Origin: a virus
IMG/VR virus record: IMGVR_UViG_3300027804_000050
Span: 1 to 64,000 of that record
DNA: 64,000 bases
Direction: 5' to 3' (one strand)
Shown here: in pieces, positions 1 through 6,884 of the stretch
How the letters are laid out: the number at the start of each line of letters is the position of its first letter
Position numbering within the stretch: the first letter of the stretch is position 1
Notes under the pieces: generated by a model
Database searches by the model: none
The model's input: only the letters and a program-made list of their open reading frames with translations
Told to the model about the DNA's origin: nothing
Made by a program: the position numbers and the translations under genes

Positions 1-43
1 CGGGGCCCCATTAGTTTTAACTAATAGGATCATAACCTATTCT

Positions 44-409
44 TTACCCATAGCACCACGCTCCCGAGGGAGTTAGGTGTGCGTATTTGGCCTTGTAGAT
101 AGGCTCCCAATCCTTGCCAGTATCCACTTCGAAAGTTTCCATCACATAAGGATCATAGCTAACACGGTTTGCGACATCGTAAAAGCTATAAGGATGGGGG
201 AGCGTAGTAAGAATGCCCGTAACATAGGCGTGGACATTCTTACGCTTTTCCCGCCTTACACGATCACGGCCAGCGTCGTTTACCACGAACTCGACATGGC
301 CTAGGGTTACGCATTCAGAGTGTCCCGTAACACGCCAGCCCTTCCCTTTGATATAGGTCTGGATGCTATACAGCTTGCGGTGCAGGTTGCGATAGACTCT
401 AACCTTCAT
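44..409 (-). CDS. Conserved hypothetical phage protein (VRVYRNLH...RKNVHAYV type)
   Basis: 121-aa ORF; start overlaps the stop of the upstream ORF; motif pattern seen in small early genes of large phages. Confidence 0.75.
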   Translation of the reverse strand: MKVRVYRNLHRKLYSIQTYIKGKGWRVTGHSECVTLGHVEFVVNDAGRDRVRREKRKNVHAYVTGILTTLPHPYSFYDVANRVSYDPYVMETFEVDTGKDWEPIYKAKYAHLTPSGAWCYG

Positions 410-576
410 TTTTTTACTTCATACTCCATGATGAGGGTTTCAGATTTTTTGAACGATTCCATCACTACCTTTTCAGCCGCTTCCCTTGTTTCGAAGACTC
501 CTTCGAACTCCTTTACCTTTAAAGGGTCTAACCAGTCCCCGACAGTTCTCACATCTAGCAGCACATAAACTTTCAT
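406..576 (-). CDS. Small hypothetical protein (MKVYVLL...GVFETREAA...EYEV)
   Basis: Start re-called to ATG at 576, which gives an ATGA overlap with the upstream ORF stop. Confidence 0.7.
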   Translation of the reverse strand: MKVYVLLDVRTVGDWLDPLKVKEFEGVFETREAAEKVVMESFKKSETLIMEYEVKK

Positions 577-752
577 TGTTGCACCTTGTATTCTTCGATC
601 CAAAAAGGGTTCAACTCACGAGTGCGGAGGGGATTGAGTTCAGCCCATTGCCTAGCTTTTCTTTCGCACTCCTGATTTGCCAACTCTCTCGTTTGATAGA
701 TACCCACTAGCGTGCATCCATTTTCACGGTCACGCCACAAAAGATAAACCAT
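573..752 (-). CDS. Small hypothetical protein, 59 aa (MVYLLWRDRENGCTLVGIYQTRELA...EEYKVQQ); not in ORF track
   Basis: Translated by hand; TAATG coupling upstream and ATGA coupling downstream; resembles 406..576. Confidence 0.7.
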   Translation of the reverse strand: MVYLLWRDRENGCTLVGIYQTRELANQECERKARQWAELNPLRTRELNPFWIEEYKVQQ

Positions 753-889
753 TATTGTTCTTCCTCCACGATCTTAGGTTCGAAGGTGTGATTAGTCGGC
801 CCCCACTTATGCGCGCTCCCGTAGAAGCTATAGGTCGGGTTGCCTGCTGTCTCTTCTCCGCATACAGCGCATACAATTTTGGTTTTCAT
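752..889 (-). CDS. Small CxxC/His protein, 45 aa (MKTKIVCAVCGEE...HKWGPTNHTF); not in ORF track
   Basis: Translated by hand; fills the gap exactly with ATGA and TAATG overlaps; possible zinc ligand set. Confidence 0.65.
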   Translation of the reverse strand: MKTKIVCAVCGEETAGNPTYSFYGSAHKWGPTNHTFEPKIVEEEQ

Positions 890-1188
890 TGTCCAACCTC
901 ATACTCCATGCCGTCGATCTTAACCCACTTGATGCCCTCAATAGGGATAGTGCGCCATTGACCATCCGATGCGGACTCGTCTCCCGCCATGCGATAAACC
1001 GAAATTAAGCCCTTACCACTAAAGCTGTAAGCCGCCACACCACCTGCGCGTCCAACCGTCACGGTAGAACCCAAGCGGAAGCGACCTTCCCGAACTTCGC
1101 CTGATCCACGGGTCACAAACTTAACCGAGAAAACCTTGCCATTCGTGCCATTGATGAGCGTTGCCGCATCTTGATTCGTGATCTTCAT
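886..1188 (-). CDS. Hypothetical protein, SH3/WYL-like small beta-barrel (FSVKF.T..GEVR...WRTIP)
   Basis: 100-aa ORF directly after a consensus promoter; motif typical of small phage barrel proteins. Confidence 0.65.
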   Translation of the reverse strand: MKITNQDAATLINGTNGKVFSVKFVTRGSGEVREGRFRLGSTVTVGRAGGVAAYSFSGKGLISVYRMAGDESASDGQWRTIPIEGIKWVKIDGMEYEVGQ

Positions 1189-1194
1189 GCCCTA

Positions 1195-1222
1195 AGTATA
1201 CCTAAATTCTGCACCATGTCAA
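1195..1222 (-). promoter_or_regulatory. Sigma70-type early promoter TTGACA-N16-TATACT, leaderless (6 nt to ATG at 1188)
   Basis: Read directly on the minus strand. Confidence 0.8.
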
Positions 1223-1242
1223 GAGCCTAAATCTGATTTCTC

Positions 1243-1267
1243 TAAACCATTGTAGAATAAGAGGTTA
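1243..1267. promoter_or_regulatory. 25-bp TAA-N19-TTA element upstream of the early promoter
   Basis: TAAACCATTGTAGAATAAGAGGTTA, 20 bp upstream of the -35; counterpart at 1626..1650. Confidence 0.4.
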
Positions 1268-1318
1268 TATCAATGGGGCCCCCGGCCTGTTACGCTTTCG
1301 TAACATCCAAGGTTCTTA

Positions 1319-1573
1319 TCAGTAAGGTTTCCAATGCTCGTTGTGACGCTTGAAGTAGTCGTTAACAAGACCGTTCAAGATGTCCTGAGTTTTGGTTAGG
1401 CGATTGATCGTCTCTTCATCTAAAGACTTGTAGACCTTTTCGGCTAGGTCTTCATCGGAAAAACCATCCGCCCAGAACTCCGTAACCTCTTCAGGATATC
1501 TGTCGCAGTCCACCTCAAAGGTAGCACGGAAGTCCACACCATTCACAACTACTGAGCCAGTCATTGTTCCCAT
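1319..1573 (-). CDS. Hypothetical protein
   Basis: 84-aa ORF preceded by a consensus promoter. Confidence 0.7.
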   Translation of the reverse strand: MGTMTGSVVVNGVDFRATFEVDCDRYPEEVTEFWADGFSDEDLAEKVYKSLDEETINRLTKTQDILNGLVNDYFKRHNEHWKPY

Positions 1574-1579
1574 GCCCCT

Positions 1580-1607
1580 ATTATAGTCCAGAACCCGAGT
1601 TTGTCAA
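1580..1607 (-). promoter_or_regulatory. Sigma70-type early promoter TTGACA-N16-TATAAT, leaderless (6 nt to ATG at 1573)
   Basis: Perfect hexamers, same geometry as 1195..1222. Confidence 0.85.
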
Positions 1608-1625
1608 GCCCCAAAAAAATTTTTA

Positions 1626-1650
1626 TAACTCTGGTCTACAAAAGCACTTA
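1626..1650. promoter_or_regulatory. 25-bp TAA-N19-TTA element upstream of the early promoter
   Basis: TAACTCTGGTCTACAAAAGCACTTA, 18 bp upstream of the -35. Confidence 0.4.
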
Positions 1651-1879
1651 TGCCACCGGAAAAAAACGCGAAAAAAAGATTGACAGGGCCTTGCTTTCGA
1701 GCCAGATGAACCTAGATAATTAACAACACTCTCTCTAACTTTTTTTTAGCAAGTTCCAAAAAACCTTAGGAGTCCCATAAAAGCCCTGAGACTCCTCATA
1801 GATTTCTAAAAAACTTTAAAAACCTATGGGTCCCATCCACGGCAAGGAATATTAGTTTTAGGGGTAGCAAGGGGATCAT

Positions 1880-1913
1880 AAAAAAAAGAGTCCCAAGAGA
1901 AAACTTGGGACTC
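1880..1913 (-). terminator. Rho-independent terminator
   Basis: 10-bp stem GAGTCCCAAG/CTTGGGACTC followed by T8 on the minus strand. Confidence 0.85.
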
Positions 1914-2010
1914 CCGGTAGTACCTAGGATCACCTCCGATCAAGCCCCGACAGGTAAAGGATTATTTGATGAGTGGTACTACCTAAGGAACCTGTCAGGG
2001 GGATGGCTTA
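1914..2010 (-). ncRNA. Candidate structured RNA element (H-type pseudoknot), 3' UTR or sRNA
   Basis: Interleaved stems 1945-1955/1990-2000 and 1916-1924/1975-1983; a G-U wobble favours the minus strand. Confidence 0.45.
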
Positions 2011-2012
2011 GA

Positions 2013-2114
2013 TTATTTTTTTTTCTTTAAACAGTAATCAGCTACCATCCACATGGTTACGAAGAACCAGACGGCCATACATACGGTTAGAGCGGAAAAG
2101 AAGAAGTCTGCCAT
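2013..2114 (-). CDS. 33-aa hydrophobic membrane peptide MADFFFSALTVCMAVWFFVTMWMVADYCLKKKK; not in ORF track
   Basis: Translated by hand; single TM-like helix plus basic tail. Confidence 0.55.
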   Translation of the reverse strand: MADFFFSALTVCMAVWFFVTMWMVADYCLKKKK

Positions 2115-2137
2115 TGGTCTTCTTTATATGTAGGTTG

Positions 2138-2335
2138 TCAGAGGCTATTCATGGCTCGCTTGAGATTAATTAAGAATCTTAGAGCACGCTTCTTGCTTTT
2201 GCTGTATTGGGCCAAGCAGATAGCTTCTGCTGATTGGTTGGGTTTAAACATTACATAGTACCAAGTATCGCCTGTATTTGGTGACCTATTGTCGTTAAGT
2301 AATCTGTCGCTTTCTATCCAAATTTTTGTTTTCAT
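2138..2335 (-). CDS. Hypothetical protein
   Basis: 65-aa ORF with AAGGAG SD upstream. Confidence 0.7.
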   Translation of the reverse strand: MKTKIWIESDRLLNDNRSPNTGDTWYYVMFKPNQSAEAICLAQYSKSKKRALRFLINLKRAMNSL

Positions 2336-2444
2336 AATTTCATCTCCTTGCCTATATTAGAGTAGAGGTATTAATTTTTTTATGTGGACTTCGAAGAATT
2401 TTATGTTGCGTCCGATAGCCCACTGTTGAAGGGGTAGAAGTAGA

Positions 2445-2469
2445 AGGCCCCTTCCGTGAGAAGGGGCCT
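2445..2469 (-). terminator. GC-rich hairpin, probable terminator
   Basis: AGGCCCCTTC-N5-GAAGGGGCCT immediately after the stop at 2475. Confidence 0.6.
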
Positions 2470-2474
2470 AAAGA

Positions 2475-2864
2475 TCATTCTTCTGTTTCTTCTTCAGTTT
2501 CTTGCTTGGATGTTTGTTTACCACATCCGCAACCCGATTTCTTGGGTTTTGCGAAGGTTTCAAACAGCAAGGTTTGAATTAGGAAGGTTGTAGCCAATGA
2601 GAATACGCCTGAGGCTACTAGAAGTAGTGTAGGATTAGCGATCATTGGTAGCAAAGGACTTACGACTCCTAGATAGGCGAGTCCCATTCCTGCCCAAAAG
2701 CTGGTACACATGGGGCAGTTCATGAGTAGCCAACCCCACTTGCCCCAAGTCGTATCGTTGTAACGCTTGGCAAAGAAGGTTCTGATTGGTTCCATGATCG
2801 TTGAGTATGCCATTAGCACACCTATTCCGTAAACAGTTAAAACCCAAAATAAAAATTCCATCAT
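2475..2864 (-). CDS. Membrane protein, DUF1360-like (CPxCxxxW)
   Basis: Three hydrophobic segments, EPIR motif, NCPMCTSFW. Confidence 0.7.
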   Translation of the reverse strand: MMEFLFWVLTVYGIGVLMAYSTIMEPIRTFFAKRYNDTTWGKWGWLLMNCPMCTSFWAGMGLAYLGVVSPLLPMIANPTLLLVASGVFSLATTFLIQTLLFETFAKPKKSGCGCGKQTSKQETEEETEE

Positions 2865-3559
2865 GATAGATCTCCGAGAAGTGAAATAGGCAACTTATTG
2901 TGGTCAATGAACGCTTGCCTATTTTTATGCCATGAATCCCTCCCTACAAGTTGACCGCTTGAGTGATGAATCATGGTTATTGGTACTGCTCTATTACGCA
3001 TTCCGTTCTTTAGAGCAGTGGTCGTGTAGTGAATATCGTAAAAATCCCATTCACCTTCAAAGTATTCAGGCTTCTCCAACCCTATTTTTCTTAAATTTTT
3101 AGCCTTAGCTGCCAAAAATAAGCCATCCAAGACAGCTACATTGTCGTAAGGCCCATAAAAAGTTGGGTAAGGCTGCTTTTTTTCGTTCAAATGCATCACT
3201 AAACCGCTGTGGTAGCCCATTTTATGGTTATCCCAATTCCACCAAACAGCATCTTGGCCTAAAAATCGTGTTCCGGCTGGTCCGACGAAGCAAATTTCTG
3301 GATTTTCAAGCTCTTCTTTTAATATTTTAACAAAATCTTTGTTTTTTGTCGTTATTTGGATGTCATCGTGACATAAAATGATGATATCTTCATCGTCAGG
3401 ATTAACTTTTTTAAGAGCATTTGAATAAGCTTTGAATATAGATGAAGAATTGACTAATAAATGTACTTTAATATTATTAGTATTCAAGAAACTTAGTAGT
3501 TCTAGAGTTATATCATTAACTTCTTTAGTTCTAGTACATATAAAAGCATATATATTCAT
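2861..3559 (-). CDS. Glycosyltransferase, GT2-like (GT-A fold)
   Basis: SIFKAYSN, ILCHDD, GPAG, LDGLFLA, WDFYDI and HHSSG motifs. Confidence 0.8.
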   Translation of the reverse strand: MNIYAFICTRTKEVNDITLELLSFLNTNNIKVHLLVNSSSIFKAYSNALKKVNPDDEDIIILCHDDIQITTKNKDFVKILKEELENPEICFVGPAGTRFLGQDAVWWNWDNHKMGYHSGLVMHLNEKKQPYPTFYGPYDNVAVLDGLFLAAKAKNLRKIGLEKPEYFEGEWDFYDIHYTTTALKNGMRNRAVPITMIHHSSGQLVGRDSWHKNRQAFIDHNKLPISLLGDLS

Positions 3560-3590
3560 ATAGATATAATAGTACTAATTTAATTTTTTT

Positions 3591-5114
3591 ATGGAACAAA
3601 GTTTAACTCATGAATTTAAAGCTTGTAAAGAGGATCCAAACTACTTTATATCAAAATATATAAAAGTTGTGCATCCAGTTAGAGGATTAGTACCTTTTAA
3701 ACTTTATGGATTCCAAAAAAAGATATTAACTGATTTACAAGCTCATAGATTTAATATTCTAAGAAAATTTAGACAGGCGGGATGTACTACGATAGCTGCT
3801 GCTTACTGTTTGTGGTTTGCAATATTTAATAAACATAAATCTATCGTAATTTTATCCAAGGGAGACGCTGAGTCAACAGAAGTTTTAGATAGAATAAAAA
3901 TAATGTATGACGAACTTCCAGAATTTTTAAAACCCGGAATAATTGAAGACAATAAACACACATTAAAGTTAAATACTAACTCTACAATTAAATCTAGACC
4001 TTCAGGAAAGCAATCTGGTCGTTCTTTAGCAGGATCTATGCTTGTAATTGACGAAGCAGCGTTTATTGACAACATAGATACTATTTGGGCTGCTGTTTAT
4101 CCTATCATTTCTACTGGTGGCCGTGCTTTCGTTTTATCTACTGTAAACGGTGTTGGAAACTGGTATTACGATGTTTATAATAAAGCCGTAAATAAAGAAA
4201 ATTCATTCAATGCCATAGATATTAAGTGGCAAGATCATCCTGAGTACAAAAGACATTTAGGTTATGAGTGGTTGTACAAGGAAATGGAAGATAAAGGGCT
4301 TAGTGTTGATGATTGGGAAAAGACTACTAGGGCAAACATGCCGCTCAGACAATGGATGCAAGAATATGAAGGCGTATTCTTAGGAACTGGTGAAACCTAC
4401 ATTGCTGGAGAGATTTTAAGCAGAATTAATTCACAAACCAGCCAACAATATTATCAAAAATATGGAGATCGGATGCGAGTTTGGCAAGATCCTCTTCCAT
4501 ATTATACTTATGTGCTAGGATGTGATGTTTCCTTGGGTGGAAACAGGGATTATTCTGCTTTCCATATTATTAATACTTATAATGGACAGCAAGTTGCAGA
4601 ATTTTATTCAAATAATACCCCAATAAACGAGTTTGCACAAATTATTAATCAAGAAGCAAGTATATATAATATGGCGTATGTGATTCCTGAGAGGAATACC
4701 ATAGGCAACAATTTAATAGATTGGCTCTTTAATGTTTTGGAATATGAAAACCTTTGGTCTGACGATAAAGGTAAGTTTGGTTATCAATTGACAAGCCAAA
4801 ATAGAGAACAGCTTCTTGCTACTCTGGAAGAAGCTTTGAGAACTGATAATATAAAAATAAACTCTAATAGAACTTCAGACGAACTTCTTACTTTTATCGT
4901 GGACGAGCATGGAAAGGCCAAAGCTGAAAAAACTAAGAATGATGACTTGGTTATGAGTTTGGCTTTGACAGTTTTTGCATACAAGAATCTTTTAGATACA
5001 TACCCCCAAGATTATTTCAAGACAACCGACAATTCACAACAAAAATTGCCCATGCCTAGCAAAGCGATCAAGCAAGGATTGACAGAGGAAGATTACAAAT
5101 GGCTGATGAAGTAA
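3591..5114 (+). CDS. terL: Terminase large subunit (T4 gp17-like)
   Basis: KFRQAGCTT Walker A variant, LVIDEAAF Walker B, LSTVNG, QEY, LGCDV and DDLVMS nuclease motifs. Confidence 0.95.
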   Translation: MEQSLTHEFKACKEDPNYFISKYIKVVHPVRGLVPFKLYGFQKKILTDLQAHRFNILRKFRQAGCTTIAAAYCLWFAIFNKHKSIVILSKGDAESTEVLDRIKIMYDELPEFLKPGIIEDNKHTLKLNTNSTIKSRPSGKQSGRSLAGSMLVIDEAAFIDNIDTIWAAVYPIISTGGRAFVLSTVNGVGNWYYDVYNKAVNKENSFNAIDIKWQDHPEYKRHLGYEWLYKEMEDKGLSVDDWEKTTRANMPLRQWMQEYEGVFLGTGETYIAGEILSRINSQTSQQYYQKYGDRMRVWQDPLPYYTYVLGCDVSLGGNRDYSAFHIINTYNGQQVAEFYSNNTPINEFAQIINQEASIYNMAYVIPERNTIGNNLIDWLFNVLEYENLWSDDKGKFGYQLTSQNREQLLATLEEALRTDNIKINSNRTSDELLTFIVDEHGKAKAEKTKNDDLVMSLALTVFAYKNLLDTYPQDYFKTTDNSQQKLPMPSKAIKQGLTEEDYKWLMK

Positions 5115-6844
5115 AAAAAATAAATGAAGGATATACGGAGTTCGGTAATACGAACGAAACCGAATTCTATTATCCTGTTGGACCGTTAGGAAGATTCTTT
5201 GCCAAGTTCTTCGCTCGCAAGGCTGCTCCCTTAGTAAGAAAAGAACTAGAGGTCAAGAGCGGCGATACGATCATCAATCCTGATGTAGTAAACAGCGAAT
5301 CTGAAGGCGTGATGGGTGCAGTTAGCCGTACTCCAGTTATGCCACAACTGGAGATGAATCGCAAGCGTAGATACAAAGACTATGAAGAAATGGATGATTA
5401 TCCAGAAATAGCAGCTACCTTCGATATCTATGCGGATGATTCTACATTAAAAGGAATCCATAACGAATATTGGAGAGTTAAATCAGAAAGCGAAGATGCA
5501 ATTAAAGAAGTTGAACGCTTATTCGAAAGAATGAATGTTCATAGATATCTTTGGGATATTGTCAGAAATACCGTAAAGTATGGAGATTGCTTCGTTGAAG
5601 TCGTATTAGATGTCAGCAAGCCAGAAGAAGGTTTGAAGAAGATTAAGATTCTTAATCCTGCATACATCATTCGTGTGGAAAATGAGTTTGGATATTTAAA
5701 AGAGTTTTTGCAAGAAGTGCCATCTAAGACTAACATTGACAACTTTGGAGACACAATGTATCAAGGAGGCAAGCCCAACCAATACATAAAACTCGATAAG
5801 AATCAGATAATACACTTCAGATTGCATACTTCAGATCCTGCATTCTACCCATATGGAAAATCCATAGCAGCAGCTTGCCATAGAACATTCAAATCATTGC
5901 GTATGATGGAAGACGCGATGATGATTTACCGTCTTGCACGCGCACCCGAGCGTAGAATATTCTACATTGATACTGGAACTCTTCCAACTCAAAAAGCAGA
6001 GTTATTCATCGAACGAATCAAAGAGAAATTCAAAAAGGAGAAATTCTACAATTCAACTACGGGAAATATTGATGCAAGATTTAATCCTTTGAGCGTTGAT
6101 GAAGATTATTTCGTGCCAACAAGAAATGGCGCAGGAACTAAGATCGATACTTTAAAAGGAGCAGAGAACCTTGGCGAGGTTGACGATGTTAAGTACTTCA
6201 GAGACAAGTTATTAGCTGCTTTGAAGATACCCAAAGATTACATAGTGGAATTTGACAAGTCTCCAGAAAGAAAAGCTAATCTAGCTCAATTGGATGTTAA
6301 GTTTGCTAGAGTAATCTTGCGTGTTCAAAAATCAATAGAAGTTGGTTTGGAAAACATTGCAAAAAGACATTTACAGCTTAAGAACTACCCACCATCCTTA
6401 ATCAAGGATATCAAGATAAAACTTCCTGATCCTTCTGATATGTTTGCAAAACGCAAGCTAGATTTGGATGAACAAAAAACCAGAGTTATTCAAGCCGTGA
6501 AGGGGTTGGGTTTATTCTCAAATAAAACTATATATAAAGAATATTATGATATGTCCGAAGAGGAAATCGATAGAGAACTTGAGGACTTAGAAGAAGAAGC
6601 ACAAGAAGCTGCTGCCAAGCAAATGGAGCAGCAAGCAGCCATGGCACCCCCTGCTCAAGCTGGAGCGGGTCCCGGTTATGGGGAGGCTGGAGGTCAAGAG
6701 GGCGCAGAAAATATACCTCCAACAGCCGCAGGGGCACCCGTGGCTGAAGGATTAGAAAAATTAAGTAATATTGTTAGTGTTTCGGATGAAGAGCGATTAA
6801 TTTTAGAAAGAATCCTCTTAAAACAAAAAAATAAAAATAAATAA
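5099..6844 (+). CDS. gp20: Portal protein (T4 gp20-like)
   Basis: LRMMEDAMMIYRLARAPERRIFYID, EDYFVPTR, IDTLKG, DDVKYF. Confidence 0.95.
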   Translation: MADEVKKINEGYTEFGNTNETEFYYPVGPLGRFFAKFFARKAAPLVRKELEVKSGDTIINPDVVNSESEGVMGAVSRTPVMPQLEMNRKRRYKDYEEMDDYPEIAATFDIYADDSTLKGIHNEYWRVKSESEDAIKEVERLFERMNVHRYLWDIVRNTVKYGDCFVEVVLDVSKPEEGLKKIKILNPAYIIRVENEFGYLKEFLQEVPSKTNIDNFGDTMYQGGKPNQYIKLDKNQIIHFRLHTSDPAFYPYGKSIAAACHRTFKSLRMMEDAMMIYRLARAPERRIFYIDTGTLPTQKAELFIERIKEKFKKEKFYNSTTGNIDARFNPLSVDEDYFVPTRNGAGTKIDTLKGAENLGEVDDVKYFRDKLLAALKIPKDYIVEFDKSPERKANLAQLDVKFARVILRVQKSIEVGLENIAKRHLQLKNYPPSLIKDIKIKLPDPSDMFAKRKLDLDEQKTRVIQAVKGLGLFSNKTIYKEYYDMSEEEIDRELEDLEEEAQEAAAKQMEQQAAMAPPAQAGAGPGYGEAGGQEGAENIPPTAAGAPVAEGLEKLSNIVSVSDEERLILERILLKQKNKNK

Positions 6845-6884
6845 GATTAGATACCATATATAATCAATAGATACGGAGTGTTTT

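Noticed and set aside
77-961. Plus-strand ORFs in the early region
   Set aside because: The minus strand is fully tiled by coupled ORFs driven by minus-strand promoters
1927-1937. 16S rRNA gene fragment
   Set aside because: Only 11 nt match; flanks do not resemble rRNA
1945-2000. Hammerhead or HDV-like ribozyme reading of the structured element (UUGAUGAG...GGAAC; nested stems)
   Set aside because: The hammerhead core deviates (no CUGAUGA/GAAA, no credible stems I and II) and no HDV P3 can be formed; kept only as an unclassified pseudoknot
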